Assembly: GCA_965116885.1 (NCBI GenBank) | Contig: OZ220741.1 | Span: 448,001 to 512,000, forward strand | Length of the DNA: 64,000 bases | Origin: Candidatus Latescibacterota bacterium | GTDB lineage: Bacteria > Latescibacterota > UBA2968 | Direction: 5' to 3' | Translations under genes and position numbers: made by a program | The notes under the pieces: model-generated | The model's database searches: none | What the model saw: the letters and a program-made list of their open reading frames with translations, nothing else | What the model was told of the DNA's origin: nothing | Shown: piece after piece, positions 9,911 to 19,478 of the stretch | Layout of the letters: each line of letters begins with the position of its first letter | Position numbering within the stretch: position 1 is the stretch's first letter

Positions 9911-11101
9911 CTACCCAAGCGGCTGATACGACCGGGATTCTGGATCGCGTTCGGGAAGCCCCAAACTATCCCAAAAAATTGTGTGTTCAAATGGCGTGAG
10001 GCGAAAATCCGGAATGGGAACTGGCGCACCGCCCAACTCGGCGGATTTATTTGCCAAAATCCCCGGCAGACAGTATTCAATGGCGCGATACACATCAATC
10101 GGCGATGGCTTGCCAGCGAGAATAGACTGTGTAAAATGTCGGGCGAGTTTTAAGTCCGCACCGCCGTGACCTGCAGAAGTATCATCGCCATGTGCGCCAA
10201 GACCAACAGGTAAAACCTCCCAACCACTGCGATGATCTGCCCCTCGAGAAAAGCGCCGAGCGTGTTTTTCATAGCTAAACCATTCGGCACCGCCCTCAAC
10301 GCCAAAAATGCGATAGCGGTGTTCAGAAGGACGGGCCGTATTCAGTGTAACCATAATCTTGATAAGCGCGCCCTTGGCTGTTTCGAACACCGCGATCTGG
10401 CCGTCGGAACGCAGAGGTGCGTCGGCACTTCGGAACGGCGCACTGCGGCAAGAAACAGAAACACAGCGATCATCAATCACTTCGAGCAATGGCCCCAGGT
10501 CATGCGTCAGATATTGAATAGGAGGTTGATCGGCACGCCAGATCGGCATTGTATCCGCATAACCGGCTGCTCGCGCTCGCGTCGGCGTATGACGCGAACT
10601 ATCCGGGCGAAAAAGCGTACCCGGCAAATGGTGAATATACTCGCCTTCAGCAATGGAAATAGGGCCAAAACGATCTTCGGCAACCCACTTGCGAAAATAG
10701 CGAAAAAAATCCCAATAACAGGTATTTTCTCCCAGCATATACGTTTTGCCCGTGTACTCAACGGTTTGCCGCAAATTCATACACTCTTCCTGCGTATAAG
10801 CCCCCGGCACTTCCGAAAGCACATGACACCCCGCGCGCATCGCCTCACATCCGTGTTCCACCTGCAATTTCCCATTCGTAGCAACCACAATAGCATCGGG
10901 TTTGAGATCGAGCAAATCGTCAAACTCGGGCAAAATCGGAGCCGATGCACCAACCGATGTCAGGTGTTGCTCGGCGCGTTCTCTCAAACGCGGAAAGCGG
11001 TCACAAGCACCAATAACCTCAGCCTCTTCCAGAGCGAGGAAATTTCTAAAATGCGTAAAACCGCGACCGAGGCCCAGGATACCAACTTTGAGTTTATCCA
11101 T
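9911..11101 (-). CDS. Gfo/Idh/MocA-family oxidoreductase
   Basis: KVGILGLGRG Rossmann start, HVLSEVP motif, C-terminal GHGGAD. Confidence 0.88.
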   Translation of the reverse strand: MDKLKVGILGLGRGFTHFRNFLALEEAEVIGACDRFPRLRERAEQHLTSVGASAPILPEFDDLLDLKPDAIVVATNGKLQVEHGCEAMRAGCHVLSEVPGAYTQEECMNLRQTVEYTGKTYMLGENTCYWDFFRYFRKWVAEDRFGPISIAEGEYIHHLPGTLFRPDSSRHTPTRARAAGYADTMPIWRADQPPIQYLTHDLGPLLEVIDDRCVSVSCRSAPFRSADAPLRSDGQIAVFETAKGALIKIMVTLNTARPSEHRYRIFGVEGGAEWFSYEKHARRFSRGADHRSGWEVLPVGLGAHGDDTSAGHGGADLKLARHFTQSILAGKPSPIDVYRAIEYCLPGILANKSAELGGAPVPIPDFRLTPFEHTIFWDSLGLPERDPESRSYQPLG

Positions 11102-11116
11102 AATAAAACCTCACAA

Positions 11117-12802
11117 TCAAGCAGACACAATGCGGATATCAACCTCAAATGTACTGACGGGATAATTTATACCCCAGATTTCGAGAACGCCGGGATGAAC
11201 TTCGCCAATAAGCCCGTAAACGCGCTCGCCTACGCAGATCTCGCCACTGCGACCGGGTAAAAATGTGGGATGCTCAATCGGCGCAATAGTATATTCAAAG
11301 TCAAAATAATAAGATAATACCTCCAGATAGCTCTGAATACCAGACAAATTGGCCTCGTCACTCGCTTCGAGCGCGCAAAGATGAATATCTGTGCGCGTAC
11401 CGTAATCTTCTCCCGACGCGAGAACCCCCACCTCACCCACTTCAAAAATCCGATGCGGGTACAACGCGCGGCGGCTTGTCGCTTCGGTCTTCAACAAACC
11501 GGGCAGCAGTGCCCCCCGAATCGCGCTGTAATTTTCGGACATGGGATTTGAAATCGAGACAATCTTTGCATCTGGATTATTCATATCCACGGTCTGTTCT
11601 TTTTTAGAACAGAGAATCGGCAAAAAGACCTCTTGAAATCCGCTCCCAACCATGAGATTGCGAAATCGGTCTGCAAGATCCTCTTCTGGTGCGGCTTTGC
11701 CAATCGTAAAATCCCGGGGCATCTCGGGTTCAAAAGCCTCGTACCCCACACCGATCACAACATCTTCCACCACATCGACGGGATGCAAAATATCGTCGCG
11801 ATAAGGTGCTGGACGCACTTTAATAATCCGGTCTCGTACATCAACATCCCGATAACCCATCGCGTTGAGCGCGGTCTGAATCTGCCCTATCGAAATATGT
11901 GACCCAACCACTTTGTAAATCTCATCTATATCGACTTGCAATGGCTCGGTCATATCATACGGACACGTCACAACCTGTCCCCTCGGCGTGTGAAATGGAT
12001 ACCGCACCGTCACGGGATAAATGCGACCGCCCCGGTCAGCCATATTGACCGCCATAATCGCCATAGACAAAAGAATAGCGTCGAGTTCAGGACCCGTTGC
12101 TTCGCAAAACAAAAACGTATCCCCCACTTCAACGCGCCCCAGGCTCTGACTATTAATAACAGGAGGCATCGAAAGAACCTCGCCGCGCGAATCGCGGATC
12201 AGGGGAAACTTATCCTTCCCCTCGAGAAGATGTGCATACATCCTGCCCGTGGGATGATCGGACAAAATCTGTCGCAAAGACATCTCATCTTCAAACTCCA
12301 GAGGAACAAAAGCCGTCACATCGGGATCAACCGCATCGTATCGCACCGGATACACAATATCGGACGCATCGTAAATCCCAATCGCAACAACGCTGCGCCC
12401 GCGCCCATATCCATCGGCGAGTTTTTCCTGCGCCTCGATAAGCGCATCCAGTGCCGCATCATCAATCGCAATACCCTCACACGCAAAAGCGGCAATATAG
12501 GGACGGATATTTCGCAAGCCGGGATCGACAATAACCTCCCGTTCCTGCGATACGCCAGACGCATCAAAAAAAGAATAATCCGGCTTCACATTCTCCCGAT
12601 GGCTTTTGAGCAATCGCGCAAGCCCCTCTCCCGACCACAAATCGGGGCGGTTGGTATCCTTGAGTTGAATGCGAAGCGTATCGCCCTCTTCCGCATCGAT
12701 CTCAGCCTTCGCCGTTTCAAGCGCAACACTCAAACTCTCCGAAGAATAAACCTGCCCTGCGAGACGTTCAAAATCGGGTTTATTAACTGTAATCGTTGGC
12801 AT
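11117..12802 (-). CDS. pheT: Phenylalanine--tRNA ligase beta subunit, archaeal/eukaryal (short) type
   Basis: 561 aa beginning MPTITV, with TNRPDLWS, VLSMPPVINS and YRDDILHPVDVVEDV. No B2 OB-fold and no B8 FDX anticodon-binding domain. Confidence 0.93.
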   Translation of the reverse strand: MPTITVNKPDFERLAGQVYSSESLSVALETAKAEIDAEEGDTLRIQLKDTNRPDLWSGEGLARLLKSHRENVKPDYSFFDASGVSQEREVIVDPGLRNIRPYIAAFACEGIAIDDAALDALIEAQEKLADGYGRGRSVVAIGIYDASDIVYPVRYDAVDPDVTAFVPLEFEDEMSLRQILSDHPTGRMYAHLLEGKDKFPLIRDSRGEVLSMPPVINSQSLGRVEVGDTFLFCEATGPELDAILLSMAIMAVNMADRGGRIYPVTVRYPFHTPRGQVVTCPYDMTEPLQVDIDEIYKVVGSHISIGQIQTALNAMGYRDVDVRDRIIKVRPAPYRDDILHPVDVVEDVVIGVGYEAFEPEMPRDFTIGKAAPEEDLADRFRNLMVGSGFQEVFLPILCSKKEQTVDMNNPDAKIVSISNPMSENYSAIRGALLPGLLKTEATSRRALYPHRIFEVGEVGVLASGEDYGTRTDIHLCALEASDEANLSGIQSYLEVLSYYFDFEYTIAPIEHPTFLPGRSGEICVGERVYGLIGEVHPGVLEIWGINYPVSTFEVDIRIVSA

Positions 12803-12822
12803 TTTTTATTCCTGATATTTAT

Positions 12823-14361
12823 CTACCGCGTATTCCTGACCAGATCCAAATCCGTACTGAACAAATCGCGAATATCGTTAATACCCAGCGCGACCATCGC
12901 CATTCTATCAACCCCCAGACCCCAGGCAATAACTGGCACATCCACACCCAGAGGTCGTGTAAGTTCAGGCCGAAAAAGACCCGCGCCACCAAGTTCGATC
13001 CATCCCAGAACGGGATGCTTCGCCTGAAGTTCGACCGAAGGCTCGGTAAAAGGAAAATAATCGGGCACATAGCGCACATCTTCGGCCTGCGCGATCTCAA
13101 GGGCGAACAGCTTGAGCAAACCGAGCAAACTGCGAAAATTTATCTCCTCGCCCAAAACAATACCCTCAGCCTGAAAAAAATCTGCCGCGTGCGTGGCATC
13201 GACATCATCCGGACGAAAACAACGCGCAAGAGCGAAATACTTACCCGGGATATTCGGTTCTGAAGCGAGCGCACGCGCCGAAAGCGCAGTGCCCTGACTC
13301 CGCAAAATAAGGCGGCGCGACTGTTCGGGATTAAATTCATATCGCCACCCGCGCGACCCCGTATCGCCCCCATTTTGATGCGCCTCAGCCACCCGGGAAA
13401 AATGGGGTTCCTCTGCCTCTCGGGATTGCGTTGGCTCCGTAACATAATACGCATCGTGAATATTGCGCGCCGCGTGAAACTGCGGCATAAAAAGGGCATC
13501 CATATTCCAGAACTCGGTCTCCACCAGAGAACCTTTCAACTCTTCAAAACCAAGCGCCATCAACCGGCGCCGCACATTATCGAGATACGCCCGATAGGGA
13601 TGGTGCTTCCCAATAAGCACGCGCGGCGGCTTAATCGACAAATCATATCGGCGAAAAGATGCGCCCTGCCATGTACCTTTCTGAATCATTTCCGGCGTAA
13701 GCCGAGAAACTTCATCACCCGTAAGATTGGCTTTGACAACCTCCACAAGCACGCGCCGCCCTTCTTCCGTAAGACAATAAACCCGCTCTGTGCGCTCGTC
13801 CAAACGAACAGGCGCCCTGCCCCCGCCGCGCTTGCGGGCATTGGCTTCAATATATTGGACAACATCACCGGGAAAATTATCAATCTCAATTCCCGTATCG
13901 GAAAATTTGTCAAACAATTCTGGCATAAGTCGATCAATAAAAAAAGAAGCCCGATCTGCATCGACAATAACAACAGCCCCCTTATCCAGATCGATAATCC
14001 CATCCTTTTTCAAACCGCCAAAAGCACTGCCCCAGGCACCTCTGTCAAAACGCTCGTCGGCTTGCAAATCTTGAATCCCAACGCGCTCTGCACTCGCCCG
14101 GGTCAAAAGTGCCGTCTCTGGCGTCGCGCCCTTTGTTGCAAAATCCCGTCCCACTTCCGTAAGCGAAACTGTTGCGCGCGTATTTTCCCCGGTAACTTCG
14201 AGCAACTGCTTGGAAATCAGCCACTCAACCGCGCGTCTAACCTGTCCTTCGCCAATGCCTGCCCCCTTTTGAAGTTGTGCATCGGACTGCTCGGCACTGG
14301 CATTATTCTCATATACACGCAAAATGCGAATTTCGAGCGCATGTAAAGAAGCGAGATCCAT
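12823..14361 (-). CDS. pheS: Phenylalanine--tRNA ligase alpha subunit, archaeal/eukaryal (long) type
   Basis: About 512 aa with a long N-terminal extension, LTPEMIQKGTW, GKHHPY, FWNMDALFMPQFHAAR, DATH, YFPFTEPS, WIELGGAGLFRPE. Confidence 0.94.
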   Translation of the reverse strand: MDLASLHALEIRILRVYENNASAEQSDAQLQKGAGIGEGQVRRAVEWLISKQLLEVTGENTRATVSLTEVGRDFATKGATPETALLTRASAERVGIQDLQADERFDRGAWGSAFGGLKKDGIIDLDKGAVVIVDADRASFFIDRLMPELFDKFSDTGIEIDNFPGDVVQYIEANARKRGGGRAPVRLDERTERVYCLTEEGRRVLVEVVKANLTGDEVSRLTPEMIQKGTWQGASFRRYDLSIKPPRVLIGKHHPYRAYLDNVRRRLMALGFEELKGSLVETEFWNMDALFMPQFHAARNIHDAYYVTEPTQSREAEEPHFSRVAEAHQNGGDTGSRGWRYEFNPEQSRRLILRSQGTALSARALASEPNIPGKYFALARCFRPDDVDATHAADFFQAEGIVLGEEINFRSLLGLLKLFALEIAQAEDVRYVPDYFPFTEPSVELQAKHPVLGWIELGGAGLFRPELTRPLGVDVPVIAWGLGVDRMAMVALGINDIRDLFSTDLDLVRNTR

Positions 14362-14405
14362 CAAGAGAAACTCCTTATGTAGCGATCAACACTCTACTGA
14401 CTGTC

Positions 14406-14522
14406 GGGACGGCACAGGGGCCGTCCCCTACGGGCGGGCACGAGGCACCGCCCCTACGGTGATATTGTGATTTTTTGTAGGGACAACCCCCTGTGGTTGT
14501 CCTTCGCCCCCTGTGGTCGCCC
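14406..14522. repeat. Cluster of 3-4 GTAG-type REP palindromes in the pheS leader
   Basis: gggacggcacaggggccgtcccctac, gggcgggcacgaggcaccgcccctac, an inverted gtagggacaacccc...ggttgtcc copy, and a partial copy. Confidence 0.8.
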
Positions 14523-14531
14523 ATTGACAAC

Positions 14532-14803
14532 AAAAAAGCCCCTTCGTCATCATATAGGGACGAAAGAGCTTCTCCGCGGTACCACCCTATTTGCGCTAAA
14601 AAGCACCACTCAGCGGATGGCCATCACCATCCTGTCCATTATCGGTGGACCCACCGGCTCGGCTTAATAGGAAACTGTCTCTCCATTCGGCTTTGCAGCT
14701 CGGGAGGGAACTTCGCCTGTGCATCCTGCAGATGTGCTTTCAGCCCAGGACACATCCTCTCTATGCAGTTGGGAACAGGCTACTTTTCTCCGTCATAGCT
14801 TTA
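14532..14803 (-). ncRNA. T-box riboswitch (tRNA-Phe specific, transcription antitermination)
   Basis: Stem I contains a UGA/GA K-turn, AGUA, the AGAGA and GCUGAAA distal motifs, and specifier GAAG-UUC (14710-14708). T-box AAUAGGGUGGUACCGCG pairs with CGUCCCU. Terminator AGCUCUUUCGUC..GACGAAGGGGCU-UUUUU. Confidence 0.93.
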
Positions 14804-14810
14804 AAGGCAA

Positions 14811-14839
14811 AACATAGAAATTTGCGCTACAAGTGTCAA
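14811..14839 (-). promoter_or_regulatory. Sigma70-type promoter of the T-box-pheST transcript
   Basis: TTGACA-17 bp-TATGTT just 5' of stem I. Confidence 0.75.
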
Positions 14840-14855
14840 GCCGAAAGTCGCAAAT

Positions 14856-17108
14856 CTATCCGCCAACCGATTTTCCAAAGGCACTCACAAACAGAAGAAA
14901 ATCGGGAAAGTCAACAGTACCGTTCCTATCGATATCATATTGGGCCTCGGACGATCCAAATGCCCCTACAAACAGGAGAAAATCAGCAAACTCGATTACG
15001 CCATTGCCGTCAAAATCCGATTTGGCTTCCACAGAAAGCGGCTGGACAACGCCAGAAATCGTCAGCATAAACCTTGCGCGATCCGGATCATTACTCAAAA
15101 TATTGATACTACCCGAAAACTCGCCCTCCATGGGTTTGGGAAACGTAATCGTAATCGTCGCCGAACTATCCGGAGATAGTGTAAACATAGAAGGCTCAAA
15201 CGTCAAACCCGACACATCGCTCTCAATACCCGTAATCTCCAGAGGCGCAGTACCCGTATTCGTAATCGTAAAAGTCTGCTGAGCTGTCTTCTCAGCATCA
15301 ATACTCCCAAAATCAATCGCCGGTTCACCCACAACAAGCACAGGCGCAGGTGCCGCCTGCACAATCACAGAAACGGATAAAGTCCGCGTCGCACGATCAG
15401 GATCATTACTCGAAATCGTGATATTACCCGAAAATGTGCCTTCCACAGAACTCGGAAATGTCACCGTCACCGTGCGCGAACCGCCAGGTTCCAATGTGAA
15501 CATCGTAGTATCAAACGTCAAACCCGACACATCGCTCTCAATACCCGTTATCTCCAGCGGTGCTGTCCCCGTGTTCTCAATCGCAATCGTCTGTTGACCT
15601 GTTTGACCTGCCTCAATAGCACCGAAATTAACAGCCGTTTGCTGAACCGCAATCACCGGCACAGGTGCCGCCTGCACAATCACAGAAATAGATAATATCT
15701 GCGTTGCACGATCCGGATCATTACTCGAAATCGTGATATTCCCTGAAAATGTGCCTTCCACAGAACTCGGAAACGTAATTGTCACCGTCTGTGAACCATT
15801 GGGTGCCAGGGTGAACATCGTAGTATCAAACGTCAAACCCGACACATCGCTCTCAATACCCGTAATCTCCAGCGGTGCAGTACCCGTGTTCATAATCGCA
15901 ATCGTCCGTTGACCTGTTTGGCCTGCCTCAATAGTGCCAAAATCAACTGCCGTTTGCTGAACCGCAATCACCGGCGCAGGTGGCGGCTGGACAATCACAG
16001 ACACGGATAAAGTCCGCGTTGCGCGATCAGGATCATTACTCGAAATCGTGATATTACCCGAAAACGTGCCCTCCACAGAACTCGGAAACGTCACCGTCAC
16101 CGTCTGTGAACCATTGGGAGCCAGTGTAAATGTAGAAGGCGTAAACGTCAAACCCGACACATTACTCTGAATACCCGTAATCTCCAGCGGTGCAGTACCT
16201 GTATTCCTGATCGTAATCGTCTGTTGACCTGTCTGCCCTGCCTCAATAGTACCGAAATTAACTGCCGTTTGCTGCACAGCAATCGCTGGTGCAGGGGGCG
16301 GTTGAACAATCACAGAAACGGATAATGTCTGTGTTGCACGATCCGGATCATTACTCGAAATCGTGATATTACCCGAAAACGTGCCCTCCACAGAACTCGG
16401 AAATGTCACCGTCACCGTCTGAGAACCGTTGGGCGCCAGTGTGAACATTGTAGTATCAAACGTCAAACCCGACACATCGCCCTCACCCTTAATCCCCGTT
16501 ATCTCCAAATCCGCTGTACCCGTGTTTGTAATCGTAATCGTTTGTTCACCTGTTTGACCGGCGTCAATAGTCCCGAAATCAATAGCTGTTTGCTGCACAG
16601 AGATCGCTGGCACAGGCGCGGGTATTTGTGCCAACAACTCATCAACCACCTTTGCCGCGTTACTACGTGCAGTGGAATTCGTCAAACTGCTTGATGCAAA
16701 AAAGCGCACAATTCCATCGGGACCAACGACAATGAGATCCTCAAGGCCGAATGGGCTACCTGCGTTTCGGAGCACAGGAAAAGTGACACTTGCGGCAGTG
16801 CGAAAACTATTAACTTGACCCGGATTACCATTCCAAACATCGAGACCCAACATGGCAAAATTATCGGAATCTTTATACTTACCCCAAATTTCGCTTTCGA
16901 GAGACGGACCCGCCTCTCTACAGCGCGTTCAACTCCACCCAATGACCGCAAGCACGAGTACTTTGCCTTCATAGTCAGAGGCCTTATGTGTAGTGCCGCT
17001 GGGATCTGGGAAAGAAAAATTAACAATCGGTTGCCCAACCGTTTGTGCAGAAGCAGCCCCAACGAGCAAAAGTAGAATCATCGGGATGGACAATAGATAT
17101 TTACGCAT
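14856..17108 (-). CDS. Predicted secreted selenoprotein (750 aa): signal peptide, redoxin/thioredoxin-fold domain with UxxC (Sec60), five Ig-like ASH/choice-of-anchor-D repeats, paired EF-hand/dockerin-like tail
   Basis: Track ORFs 16929..17183 and 14856..16853 share a frame and are separated only by TGA at 16931-16929. Read-through gives ..YEGKVLVLAVIGWS-U-TRCREAGPSLESEIWGKYKDSDNFAMLGLDVW..VTFPVL..LIVVGPDGIVRF. A SECIS hairpin follows the TGA. Confidence 0.88.
15045..16620 (-). repeat. Five intragenic tandem repeats, 315-bp (105-aa) period
   Basis: acaatcacag recurs at 15361, 15676, 15991 and 16306. Each unit contains FG.I.AGQTG..TITI.NTGTAPLEITGI..SNDPDRA. Confidence 0.92.
16892..16925 (-). 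promoter_or_regulatory. Bacterial SECIS element
   Basis: UGA-ACG-CGCU-GUA-GAGAGGCG-GGUC-CGUCUCUC-GAA-AGCG: an 8-bp upper stem starting 10 nt after the UGA with a GGUC apical loop, plus a 4-bp lower stem. Confidence 0.85.
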
Positions 17109-17142
17109 GGCATTTATCCTTATATATTGGTGAAAGAAAGAC

Positions 17143-17168
17143 GGGACGGCACGGGGGCCGTCCCCTAC
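17143..17168. repeat. GTAG-type REP palindrome
   Basis: gggacggcacgggggccgtcccctac. Confidence 0.8.
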
Positions 17169-17263
17169 AACAACATGCTGCAATGACGGCTCTCCTGTCC
17201 TAAAGGTATCAACGCTTCAATCTAACAGAAGTTTCTCCACGGGTCAACCACAAGGAGCGAGCG

Positions 17264-18102
17264 ATGGACATCCTCACCGAACAAAAAAATCGTTTTTTGA
17301 CACCTTTGGATTTCTCGCATTTCCGGGGTTATTGGCAGATTGCATCGACGAAATTATCGATGCATTTGAAACGATATGGACACAACGGGGTGGTGGACAC
17401 AACGGACAACCGCACGACGGCATCCGTCGATCGTGCATTGTGCCATTTATCGACCAGCACGAACGACTGTGCGCCCTCTTGGATGATCCGCGAATAAAAG
17501 AAATCCTGGTCGGATTACTGGGTGAAAACTTCAACTACATGGGATCAGACGGAAATTATTATGCCGGAGATACGCAATGGCATTCGGATGGCTGGGGCAA
17601 GGAAATTCGATTTGTAAAAATAGCCCTGTATCTGGATCCCCTAACGCGCGACACGGGCTGTCTGCGCGTCATCCCCGGGAGTCACCATCTCAAAGATCAA
17701 TATGCAAATAATGTCGAAAACACCGTCCGAAATTCTCCAGATCAATGGGGCATTCACGGACCGGATGTCCCTGCACTACCACTGGAAACCAATCCGGGCG
17801 ACGTCGTCCTATTCAACCACAACCTCAAACACGCGGCCTTTGGAGGCAGTCCGCGTCGGCGCATGTTCACCATCAACTGCAGCGAACGCTTCCCTGAAGA
17901 TGAAGAACACATAGAACTGTTAAAAACACAGATTGCCGCACGCGCGCGGTTCTGGAATGATCGCGCATACGGAAAAATCATGCTCGCAACTGCTGGCCCC
18001 AAACGCAAAAAACATCTGGAACAAGTCATGGCGCACGACGACCACCTCGCCGAACTCTCCGCACGCGCAAGAGAAGAAATGCCCGAGCCATCGCGAGGAT
18101 AA
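17264..18102 (+). CDS. Phytanoyl-CoA dioxygenase (PhyH) family protein, frameshifted in an A7 run near the 5' end
   Basis: WHSD facial triad, LRVIPGSH, PGDVVLFNHNLKHA. The RBS-supported ATG at 17264 joins the main frame by a -1 shift, giving MDILTEQKKSFFDTFGFLAFPGLL. Confidence 0.8.
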
Positions 18103-18124
18103 CGCGGACACTATCAAAACCCAC

Positions 18125-18159
18125 AAAGCCCTGTAATCTTGAATCGCAGGGCTTTTTTT
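18125..18159 (+). terminator. Intrinsic terminator
   Basis: aaagccctg-N13-cagggcttttttt. Confidence 0.7.
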
Positions 18160-18241
18160 ATTTAGGAATCCGCGCTTTTGGGTCACATATATATAGCGAG
18201 CGGAAAAACAAGCGGTCAAAAATCGTCTATCCGGAGTTACA

Positions 18242-19471
18242 ATGAGCAAACGCGATGCAGAGCAAGTTCAAAAAGTATTGTCTGGCGACCAGGCTGCTTA
18301 CGAACCGCTGGTTGAGGCGTATCAAGGGCGCATCTTTGCCTTTGTAGCTGGTCGAATCCGCAACTTTTCCGCAACAGAAGACATCGTACAAAATGCGTTT
18401 GTGGAGGCATACATGCACCTCAAGTCTCTAAAATCGCCCGAAAAATTCTCAGGTTGGCTGCGGGGAATTGCACTCAATCTATCGAACAAATGGATTCAAC
18501 AAAAGCGCCCCGCCGTCTCAATAGACGAAACATCACAAGATGTGACACCTGAAATATCAGAATTTCCACTGCCGGACTTACCCGACGAAGCACTGGAAAA
18601 AACCGAAACAGAAGAAGTCGTTATAGCCGTCGTTGATGCATTACCAGACATTTATCGGGAATCAGTACTGCTCCACTACATGGAAGGCATGACCTATCCC
18701 GAAATCGCAGCCTTTCTCGACATCCCCGAAAGCACAGTAACCGGACGCCTTCAGGTCGCGCGCAATCGCTTGCGCGACGAATTGATGCCGCTGGTAGAAG
18801 ACACGCTCCGCGAAAAACGTCCAACACCTCAACTGACGCGCAAAATAATGGCCGCATTACCCCCGCTATTGTACGCAGTACCAACACAGGCGAGTCTGCT
18901 CGCAAAACTGAAAGGAACGGGCATGATTAAAATAACGGGTATCATCGGCGCAGGAATCGCGGGAACGGGATTGTATTTTGGTGGGATTTCGGCAGTATGG
19001 AATTTAGGACAAGAAAACACTGAGCCATCCCAGGTGCCCCAAATACAGCTCGAATTGGAAAACCTCGCTCAAAATGAGCAATCCGTTCCTGAGAAAACTA
19101 ACGAAACAGAGGGCGTAGAATCTTCGCCACAAGAAGTCCAATCCGATTCCAATACAAGTGGCGAAACACAAACAGAAAAACTGGACTTCAAAATGGAAAC
19201 TTCGCCACAAGATTCACTGGTAAAAATAGTGTACTGGATACCAGAGACGGTCTATTCAGACTCCGTCTTTATAGAACTCGAATGCTACAATAATATGGGC
19301 ATGATAGTAGCCAGACCGATCAATAAAACACACGCACCGGGTTCTTATACGACGTTCTTATCTAAACAAGGACTTCCCGACGGAATATACTTCGTGCAAT
19401 TAGAAGCAAATCAATCCAAAAAAAATGCCCAGATACGGAAATTAAATCTAATTTGGACAGACAGAAAGTGA
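18242..19471 (+). CDS. ECF sigma-70 factor with C-terminal extension (TM-like segment, acidic linker, T9SS-CTD/FlgD-like Ig domain)
   Basis: Sigma2 EDIVQNAFVEAY..FSGWLRGIA.N and sigma4 YRESVLLHYMEGMTYPEIAAFLDIPESTVTGRL, followed by about 220 extra aa. Confidence 0.88.
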   Translation: MSKRDAEQVQKVLSGDQAAYEPLVEAYQGRIFAFVAGRIRNFSATEDIVQNAFVEAYMHLKSLKSPEKFSGWLRGIALNLSNKWIQQKRPAVSIDETSQDVTPEISEFPLPDLPDEALEKTETEEVVIAVVDALPDIYRESVLLHYMEGMTYPEIAAFLDIPESTVTGRLQVARNRLRDELMPLVEDTLREKRPTPQLTRKIMAALPPLLYAVPTQASLLAKLKGTGMIKITGIIGAGIAGTGLYFGGISAVWNLGQENTEPSQVPQIQLELENLAQNEQSVPEKTNETEGVESSPQEVQSDSNTSGETQTEKLDFKMETSPQDSLVKIVYWIPETVYSDSVFIELECYNNMGMIVARPINKTHAPGSYTTFLSKQGLPDGIYFVQLEANQSKKNAQIRKLNLIWTDRK

Positions 19472-19478
19472 GGTCAGC

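Noticed and set aside
15045..16620. Possible CRISPR array or DGR from regular repeats
   Set aside because: The repeats are in-frame 315-bp coding units with no unique spacers, and no cas or reverse transcriptase gene is in the window.
16929..16931. Nonsense mutation/pseudogene, or UGA reassigned genome-wide
   Set aside because: The position matches the redox Cys and is followed by a SECIS. Many other genes here end normally at TGA.
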